64,000 bases of DNA, from positions 416,001 to 480,000 of the forward strand of contig OY759726.1 in NCBI GenBank assembly GCA_963662625.1, in the 5' to 3' direction. This DNA is from Nitrosopumilus sp. (GTDB lineage: Archaea > Thermoproteota > Nitrososphaeria > Nitrososphaerales > Nitrosopumilaceae). Shown here one piece after another: positions 57,310 through 64,000 of this stretch (positions within the stretch are counted from its first letter, which is position 1; each line of letters begins with the position of its first letter). The notes beneath the pieces are model-generated. The model worked only from the letters and a program-made list of their open reading frames with translations, was not told where the DNA came from and did not search any database. The translations under genes and the position numbers were made by a program.

Positions 57310-57753
57310 GTGGAAGCCGACGAGATCGACTCGAAGATCGTGAAGAACCTGCTTGTCGACGCCAGGCTGTCATCGAGGCAGCTTGCATACAGGCTGGGGC
57401 TGTCCACGGTTACCGTAATCAACAGGATAAAGAAGCTGCAGAAAAAAGGCATAATCAGGGGCTACACGGTGCGCCTTGACCACGAGCTCCTGGGGTACGA
57501 CATAACGGTGATAATCGAGATAACCGTCAGGAGGGGGAAGATGGCGGAGATCGAGGGCAAGCTGTCGGAGCACGAGAACGTCTGCGGGGTCTACGACATC
57601 ACGGGCAGCAGCGACATCATGGTGGTTGCCAAGTTCAAGACCAGGGAGGAGCTCAGCGGGTTCATCAAGGGCATCTCCAGCATACAAAACGTGGAAAACA
57701 CGATAACCCACATGGTGCTGAACACGGTGAAGGAAGACTTTAGGCTGATGTAG
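57310..57753 (+). CDS. Lrp/AsnC family transcriptional regulator
   Basis: DEID.KI..L..DAR HTH, GIIRGYT, ITGSSD. Confidence 0.92.
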   Translation: MEADEIDSKIVKNLLVDARLSSRQLAYRLGLSTVTVINRIKKLQKKGIIRGYTVRLDHELLGYDITVIIEITVRRGKMAEIEGKLSEHENVCGVYDITGSSDIMVVAKFKTREELSGFIKGISSIQNVENTITHMVLNTVKEDFRLM

Positions 57754-57802
57754 CAGGCGGCATCCTCCAGCCGGGCGGCGCCACGGGACACGGCCCGCTC
57801 CC

Positions 57803-58330
57803 TCACCTGGTGAATCCCTGGTCGCCTACGACGTTGATCGTCATGGTGGATTTGATCATTCCGAGCTTCCGTATCTTTTGCCCGACGATGCCCGATATGT
57901 CGTTGTAGGTCGGCGCGACGATCTTGCATATGACGTCGTGGGATCCCACAAGGCAGTCTGCCCCCGTGATTTCGGGGATCCTCTCCAGGTTTTCTGCCAC
58001 CGCGGGCTCGTCTGCCTTGCCGCACTGGATCATGACGAATGCCCGGGCCATGTGCTTCTCCAGGACATCGTCTTCCTCCTTGGTCGTCTTGCTGAACATG
58101 GGCACCCCGTCCACGGGCAGCGTCAGCGTGGAGCGGATCTGCGAGACGCTTCGGATTTTTTTGACGTCTTCCCGGATTGCCGCCTCGTCGCCTGCCTCCA
58201 GCACGGAAAGGATGTCGTACGGGCCGAACGTCCCGTATGCCGACCGGATGTTCGGGATTTGCTTGAGGTTTGCCAGCACCGAGTCGTCGGTTCCAGACTC
58301 GTTGCACAGCAGGACGTAGGCCTTAGGCAT
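57803..58330 (-). CDS. Tandem Lrp/AsnC ligand-binding (RAM) domain protein
   Basis: Two A[YF]V...G.[YH]D.....IR...I.ST.T units, no HTH. Confidence 0.8.
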   Translation of the reverse strand: MPKAYVLLCNESGTDDSVLANLKQIPNIRSAYGTFGPYDILSVLEAGDEAAIREDVKKIRSVSQIRSTLTLPVDGVPMFSKTTKEEDDVLEKHMARAFVMIQCGKADEPAVAENLERIPEITGADCLVGSHDVICKIVAPTYNDISGIVGQKIRKLGMIKSTMTINVVGDQGFTR

Positions 58331-58737
58331 GGTGCCTACAGCACCGTCCGTCGACTCCCATCAATGCAGACAGGTGCCGGACGCGGCCTATATTCCTTAT
58401 GCTCCGGCATCCGCCGCACGCGGCCTCCCCGGCCATGCGCCCGGCAGCCGCGGGCCCGCCGCGCGCGCCGCCGGCCTTCCGGGCAGGGCAGGCTTGCTCC
58501 GGGCCCGCGCCATCGGTTCGCCCCGCCGGGCCGCCGCCGGCAAAGGCGCCCGAGGAAAGCCCTGGCATGACCGTGCCGGGCAGTTTGGGCGGCCCCCGAT
58601 CCCGGCGCGCGCCGCGGCGGGCCGGCGCGGGCCCTGCCAGCGTCCGCCCGGGGGCCCGCATTCACGGGGATTCAGTAGCTTGATATACGCATGAGGGCAA
58701 GTTTTTGTCAAAGTCCGCATTTTGGAAATGATGAAAG

Positions 58738-60405
58738 ATGAGATGGAAAACGCTAGAGCACAACGGGATACTGTTTCCTCCCGAATACGAATCGCAGGGA
58801 ATCAAGGTGGGGATAGGCGGGAAGGCGGTGGATCTGAACCAAGGCCAGGAGGAAATGGCGTACCAGTGGGCAAAAAAGAAGGACACCCCGTATGCCCAGG
58901 ACGCGGTGTTCCAGAAGAACTTCACCTCTGACTTTGTAGCTGCCTTGGGCGAGGGATTCGAGAAGATCAAATACGCGGAGATCGATTTTTCCGAGGCCTA
59001 CGCCGTGGTGGACAGGGAAAAGGACCGCAAGGAGATGATGACAAAGGAGGACAAGAAGGCCCTCGCCGCAGAAAGAAAGAAGCTGCGGGAGCAGCTCAAG
59101 GAGACGTACGGCAAGGCGGTCATCGACGGAAAGGAGGTGGAGGTCGCAAACTACATGGCGGAGCCCCCCGGGATCTTCATCGGGCGGGGGGATCACCCGC
59201 TGCGCGGAAGGTGGAAGCCCAGGGTCGCTGGGAAGGACGTGACGCTGAATCTCGGAAGAAAGGCCAAGGTCCCGGAGGGGGAATGGGGAAAGATCGTCCA
59301 CGACAGGGACTCGATGTGGCTGGCAAGCTGGACAGACGAGCTGACGCAAAAAAGGAAGTACGTGTGGCTGGCAGACACCGCGGGCCTCAAGCAGGAGCTG
59401 GACAAGGCAAAGTACGAGAAGGCGGTGAAGCTTGCGGGCGAGATCGGGAGGGTCAAGGACGGCATCGTGAGGGACATGAAGAGCAAGGACAAGAAAAGGA
59501 GGAAGATCGCCACCGCGTGCTACCTGATTTGCAGGACGGCTATGAGGGTGGGCGACGAGAAGGATCCCGACGAGGCAGACACGGTAGGTGCGACTACCCT
59601 GAGAAAGGAGCACGTCCGGATGAAGCCCGGCGCGATAGAGTTTGATTTCCTCGGAAAGGACAGCGTGAGGTGGCAGGAGAGCGTTCCCGTTGAGGGGGAC
59701 GACAGGCAGTTCCAGGAAAACCTGGCGGAGCTCATGCGCGACAAGAAGCCAAAGGACGAGATCTTCGACGGGGTAACCTCGAGGAACGTCAACGCGTACT
59801 ATTCTGGAATAGTGGAGGGGCTCTCGGCCAAGGTGTTCAGGACGTACCTGGCGACCACGGCGGTAAAGGACTTCCTGAAACTGCACGACGGCATCAAGGA
59901 CAGCTCCCCCACCGCGAAGATATACTATGCAAAGCTGGCCAACCTGGAGGCCGCGGTCATGTGCAACCACAAGCGGACCATCCCCAAGACGTTCGAGGGA
60001 TCCCTGCAGAAGAAGAAGGACAGCCTCAAGAAGGTGGAGGCCAGCAGGCCCTGGGCAAGCGCCGAGGAGGCGCTGGGCAGGGCCAGGAAGGCCAAGCCCA
60101 AGACTAGCAAGCAGAAGGAGAGCAGGAGAAAAAGGATGAAGGCCCTGAGGGAGAGGATCGAGAGGCACAGGGGGAAAAGGGAGGAGAGGCTGGAGAAGAT
60201 GAGGCTGCAGATAGACCTGACTGAAAAGACCAGGGACTACAACCTCGGAACGTCCCTCCGGAACTACATAGATCCCCGTGTATTCAAGGCCTGGACTGAC
60301 GAGGTGGGCGCAGAGTGGGAGAAACTCTACACTGCGGCGCTGCAGAGGAAGTTCCTCTGGGTAAGGGCCGAAAACGCCCCCTGGAGCGAGATCGGGGGGC
60401 GGTAA
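58738..60405 (+). CDS. DNA topoisomerase IB (eukaryote-like)
   Basis: WKTLEHNG, EPPGIFIGRGDHP, RVGDEK, FLGKDS, AKVFRTY, CNHKR, GTSLRNYIDPR catalytic Tyr. Confidence 0.96.
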   Translation: MRWKTLEHNGILFPPEYESQGIKVGIGGKAVDLNQGQEEMAYQWAKKKDTPYAQDAVFQKNFTSDFVAALGEGFEKIKYAEIDFSEAYAVVDREKDRKEMMTKEDKKALAAERKKLREQLKETYGKAVIDGKEVEVANYMAEPPGIFIGRGDHPLRGRWKPRVAGKDVTLNLGRKAKVPEGEWGKIVHDRDSMWLASWTDELTQKRKYVWLADTAGLKQELDKAKYEKAVKLAGEIGRVKDGIVRDMKSKDKKRRKIATACYLICRTAMRVGDEKDPDEADTVGATTLRKEHVRMKPGAIEFDFLGKDSVRWQESVPVEGDDRQFQENLAELMRDKKPKDEIFDGVTSRNVNAYYSGIVEGLSAKVFRTYLATTAVKDFLKLHDGIKDSSPTAKIYYAKLANLEAAVMCNHKRTIPKTFEGSLQKKKDSLKKVEASRPWASAEEALGRARKAKPKTSKQKESRRKRMKALRERIERHRGKREERLEKMRLQIDLTEKTRDYNLGTSLRNYIDPRVFKAWTDEVGAEWEKLYTAALQRKFLWVRAENAPWSEIGGR

Positions 60406-60445
60406 GCCCTGCCCCCCGCGCCCCCGGGCACGGCCAGGGGCGCCT

Positions 60446-61859
60446 CATAGTTTGTTGAACACATGATAACCACCCAGGCGTAGTTGCCCCGATGGACCGG
60501 CCCCTGGTAGCGCGTGGGCCTGGCGCCCTTTCTGTTGAATGGGGCAATCCGAGCTGCCGTGTCACTGGGCTTCGCGCCCTGATGGGCGTGTGCAGCTTCC
60601 GATCCGTCAGACATCCGAAAGGAGGCGATAGGAAAGGATGAGAAAGACAAGCATGGGGACAGGCATGGGGAAGAGAAAGCGCGGCGCGTGCGTGGCGGGC
60701 GGGAACGGGAAGGTTCCCGGGAGGGGGCAGTACCCCAACACCCGGGACGGCGCGGCGAAGTTCGCAGGGGTGATGGCGCGCAGGTACCTGGGCGGCGGCC
60801 CCTGCAGGGCCGCCCGCGGGACGACTGGCAACATGCGGGACAGGACGTTTGACGCCTTCGAGGCGGCCGGGACCGGCATCAAACTGGCCAACACGTACAG
60901 GACGGCCCTGATAGCCAGGACCGCCAAGAAGACCGACAGGATTGACGCAGAGAAGATAGCGCAGGTGCCGGGGACGGACATGATACCGGAGCGCTGCGTC
61001 CCCCCGGGCCACACCAGGGGGATGCGCGCGATGGCCGGGCAGAGGGTGAGGCTGGCCCGGGACAGGGCGCGCGTGACAAGCCGCGCCCGCAGCCTCCCGG
61101 GCCGCCACGACATCCAAATGGACGCCCCCGCCATGCACTCCGAAAAGGCCCTGGGGCAGCTGGAATCCGCGGGGCCGGGCTCTGGGCACGACGGGTTGGT
61201 CCTGGGCCAGTGCGCCCGGCAGGCGGGGCACCTGACGGAGGAGATCTCCGTGACGGGGGGGCTCCCCGGGACGGGGGCCGCCCACAACGGTGACGCGAGG
61301 CTGCCGGCCAGCACGGCCGGCGTCGGCACGTTCACCGCGGTGCTGATGGCCCCCGGGATCGGGGACGTCTCCAGGTTCAGGGGGCCAAGGCAGATGGTGT
61401 CGTGGGCCGGGCTGTGCCCGGCGGCCTGCCAGTCGGGGAACCAGCCGTACGCGGGGAGGATCAAGAAGATCGACCCCGGCAGCCTGGTCAACTGGGCCAT
61501 GCGCGAGGCCGCGGACACCGCCGTGCGGCACGACGCCAGGATGGAAGCCGTGTATGCGTCCGCGCGCCGGAGGCACGCGGACAAGCATGGGCCGGCAACC
61601 ATGGTGGTGGCCCACAAGATGGTCACCATGATGCGGCACATGCCGGCCACCAAGGCACCCTACGAGTCCCGCAACGAGGGGCCGTGCCGGCGCAAGCTGG
61701 CCGGGACGGGGAAGGCGCGCCGGGGGCGGCCCCCCGCGCTGCCCGCATCCCGGACCGTCTTGCCAGCGCTGGCCATGAATCCCATGCCATGCAACCCAGT
61801 CACGGATCGGAAAAACCGCTGGATGCATTGCGGCAACTACGCCTGAGTGGTTAACATAG
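60446..61859 (+). mobile_element. Degenerate IS110-family element (recombinase ORF 60638..61846, ~190-nt 5' non-coding end)
   Basis: KKTDRIDA, GVG..TA, AGLCP..QSG motifs; first two RuvC acidic residues appear lost; CATAG at both ends (60446, 61855). Confidence 0.8.
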
Positions 61860-61979
61860 GTGCGCGACCCGGTTTAGAGGCACGAAAAACAACCCCATAA
61901 AGGCGGGTTCGGGCAGGGTTGTGCAGCAAACTAGCGCGTCAGAATCATTTATTTTCTCAAAGATACCGGCATATACTAT

Positions 61980-62095
61980 GCCGGGGTAGCTCAGCCTGGT
62001 TAGAGTGCCAGTTCGCATGGTAAACTCTGCCGGTTCTTCCATAGAAGGCAACACTCATAATCTGGAGGTCGTGGGTTCGAAACCCACCCCCGGCA
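61980..62095 (+). tRNA. Elongator tRNA-Met(CAT) with 41-nt intron at non-canonical position 30/31
   Basis: Removing 62012-62052 gives CCAGA-CTCATAA-TCTGG; GCCGGGG/CCCCGGC acceptor; relaxed BHB with central helix TGCC/GGCA. Confidence 0.85.
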
Positions 62096-62153
62096 TGGTA
62101 TAGTCCGGATGCGGCCCGAGTGCCGGACCGGCCCTGGCGGCGCGGGCCGGACC

Positions 62154-64000
62154 CTACCTCCCAAGGTAGAGCAGCCATTCCACGGGGGCCAGGCCGACCC
62201 TGACGTAGTGGACGGAGCCCGGCTCCGGGTCCACTATGGCCGGCAGCCACGGCACCTCGACGCCGCCGGGGCCGGCGTACGCGTATTCCGTGGGGGCGTA
62301 CCCGCGGAGATCCGGCAGCACCGCAAAGTCTGACGGGACGATGTCCCGCATCTCGAGGGCGCCGCCGGGGCCCGTCTCCGCCACCGCGTCCCCGGAGGCG
62401 TACGTGTGGACCGCGACCCGCAGGCCCCCGGCGCCCGCCTCCCCGGCGTCGCGGGCGCCGTCCAGGTCGGCGTCCAGGTACGCCTCGAGGCGCAGGGTGA
62501 CCATCCCGTCCGGCGGGACTGGGTAGAGCCCCAGGTCAAACGTGGCGCCGGACCCCCCGGGGGGGCTCGCCAGGACGGACCACCCGGGGGGGTCCGCCGC
62601 CACGTGGCCCGGCGGGAGCGGCCCGGTCTGCACCAGCGTGGAGGCCGGGCCCGGGTCGAGCCCCGCGAACCTGTACTGCCCGCCGGCGTCCGTGACGGCG
62701 GCCATCGCCGGGGCGCCGGGCCGGAGGGCGAGCATCACGTGCCCGGCGACGCCCCCCTCGCCCGGATCCCGCACGCCGTCGCCGTCGGCGTCGCGGAACA
62801 CCGTCCCCGAGACCGCGGCCGCGGCTCCCGCCGCGCCGCCCGCCACCCTGACGGCCACCGCCCCCTCGTTGCCCTCCCCGACGCCGAACCCGTCCGCCCT
62901 GACGGTGACCTCGTAGGAGCCCTTCTCGTACGGGAGGGACTTTAGCTGGAGGATCCTGCCCCCGGGCCCGCCCATCTGGAACAGGTCCCCGTCGCCCCCG
63001 GGCACGACGGCGTATGACGCCTGGCGCCTGTCGAGGGCGGGGCTCTGCACCGTGATGGTGGTGACGTCGGCCCGGCCGGGGGCGGGGACGGCGTGGCCCG
63101 GCACGACCAGCCAGCTTCCGAGGTTCTGGCCGGAGTCGGCCCCCTCGAACATCCCCTCCATGTCCGTCACGCTTGACACGTCCCAGGGGCCCAGGGGCTG
63201 GTCGAAGGAGGCCGCTCCCGAGAACATCCAGCTCATGTCCGTCACGCTTGACACGTCCCAGGAGTCCAGGGGCTGGTCGAAGGAGTCCGCGTCCGAGAAC
63301 ATCGCCCTCATGTCCGTCACGCCAGACACGTCCCAGGAGTCCAGGGGCTGGTCGAAGGGGGTATGGCCGAACATGCCGGACATGTCGGTGACGCTCGAGA
63401 CGTCCCAGGAGTCCAGGGGCTGGTCGAAGGAGGCGTTATGAGCGAACATCCTCTCCATGTCCGTCACGTTTGACACGTCCCAGGATGAGAGGGGCTGGTT
63501 GAAGGGGGTATGGCCGAACATGCCGGACATGTCGGTGACGCTCGAGACGTCCCAGGAGTCCAAGGGCTGGTCGAAGGAGAAGCCGAACATGTAGGACATG
63601 TCGGTGACCGACGACACGTCCCAGTGGGCGAGGGGGTGGTTGAAGGGGGTTATTGAGAACATGAAGGACATGTCGGTGACCGACGACACGTCCCAGGAGC
63701 CGAGGGGCTGGTCGAAGGCACGGGCAAAATTGAACATGTCGGACATGTCCGTCACGCCGGAGACGTCCCAGGAGCCGAGGGGCTGGTTGAATTCCCATGC
63801 ATTTCTGAACATCCCGGACATGTCGGTGACGCTGGAGACGTCCCAGGAGCCGAGGGGCTGGTTGAATTCCCATGCTTCTCTGAACATCCCGGACATGTCG
63901 GTGACGCTTGAGACGTCCCAGGAGCCGAGGGGCTGGTTGAAGTGGAAGCCGGTGTCGGAGAACATCCCGGACATGTCGGTGACGCTTGAGACGTCCCAGG
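62154..64000 (-). CDS. DUF285/BspA-like repeat surface protein with C-terminal SdrD B-like domains (5' end beyond window)
   Basis: Repeated F[ND]QPL.SWDVS.VTDM..MF units; GTVFRDADGDG and AYLDADLDG units. Confidence 0.9.
   Translation of the reverse strand, partial: WDVSSVTDMSGMFSDTGFHFNQPLGSWDVSSVTDMSGMFREAWEFNQPLGSWDVSSVTDMSGMFRNAWEFNQPLGSWDVSGVTDMSDMFNFARAFDQPLGSWDVSSVTDMSFMFSITPFNHPLAHWDVSSVTDMSYMFGFSFDQPLDSWDVSSVTDMSGMFGHTPFNQPLSSWDVSNVTDMERMFAHNASFDQPLDSWDVSSVTDMSGMFGHTPFDQPLDSWDVSGVTDMRAMFSDADSFDQPLDSWDVSSVTDMSWMFSGAASFDQPLGPWDVSSVTDMEGMFEGADSGQNLGSWLVVPGHAVPAPGRADVTTITVQSPALDRRQASYAVVPGGDGDLFQMGGPGGRILQLKSLPYEKGSYEVTVRADGFGVGEGNEGAVAVRVAGGAAGAAAAVSGTVFRDADGDGVRDPGEGGVAGHVMLALRPGAPAMAAVTDAGGQYRFAGLDPGPASTLVQTGPLPPGHVAADPPGWSVLASPPGGSGATFDLGLYPVPPDGMVTLRLEAYLDADLDGARDAGEAGAGGLRVAVHTYASGDAVAETGPGGALEMRDIVPSDFAVLPDLRGYAPTEYAYAGPGGVEVPWLPAIVDPEPGSVHYVRVGLAPVEWLLYLGR
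63150..64000 (-). repeat. Tandem ~69-75-bp coding repeats (DUF285), about 12 copies in window
   Basis: acgtcccagga...ggggctggt[tc]gaa...aacat...catgtc units. Confidence 0.9.

Noticed and set aside
58738-60405. Eukaryote-like topoisomerase IB as a novelty or horizontal transfer
   Set aside because: Established hallmark of Thaumarchaeota.
63150-64000. DUF285 repeats as a diversity-generating retroelement TR/VR pair
   Set aside because: No reverse transcriptase in the window, and variation is not restricted to adenines.

Overview
Chromosomal window from a high-GC ammonia-oxidising archaeon (Nitrososphaerota/Thaumarchaeota, Nitrosopumilaceae-like). Support: eukaryote-type topoisomerase IB, archaeal exosome/KEOPS/SBDS/RpoD-ribosomal clusters, proteins with the WVKxNAGWWA motif, and TATA-led, largely leaderless genes. 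High GC, decayed IS elements and DUF285/SdrD-B surface proteins suggest a host-associated lineage such as a sponge symbiont (inference). Most of the window is core genome: a sixA-ppx-tmk-tmk-CHAD cluster, hemL-hemC-cobA-hemD, arsR/arsC/aquaporin, an ABC exporter, a GT2 glycosyltransferase, rhodanese, NAD kinase, NOB1, XPF, the exosome operon, two isopropylmalate-isomerase-family pairs, cofE, a 2-oxoacid:ferredoxin oxidoreductase, topoisomerase IB and four tRNAs. An accessory island at ~41.2-47.8 kb holds IS66 and IS630 remnants, a DUF5678 + aspartyl-protease pair, hicAB, a broken SdrD-B surface gene and an orphan 3-repeat CRISPR-like mini-array. Features missed by the ORF track include a metallothionein-like gene, several Cys/His microproteins, a C/D-box sRNA, and a 35-bp insertion flanked by a perfect 38-bp duplication that resembles off-target spacer integration. 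Family assignments come from motif recognition only; no searches were run, and several start codons are estimates.
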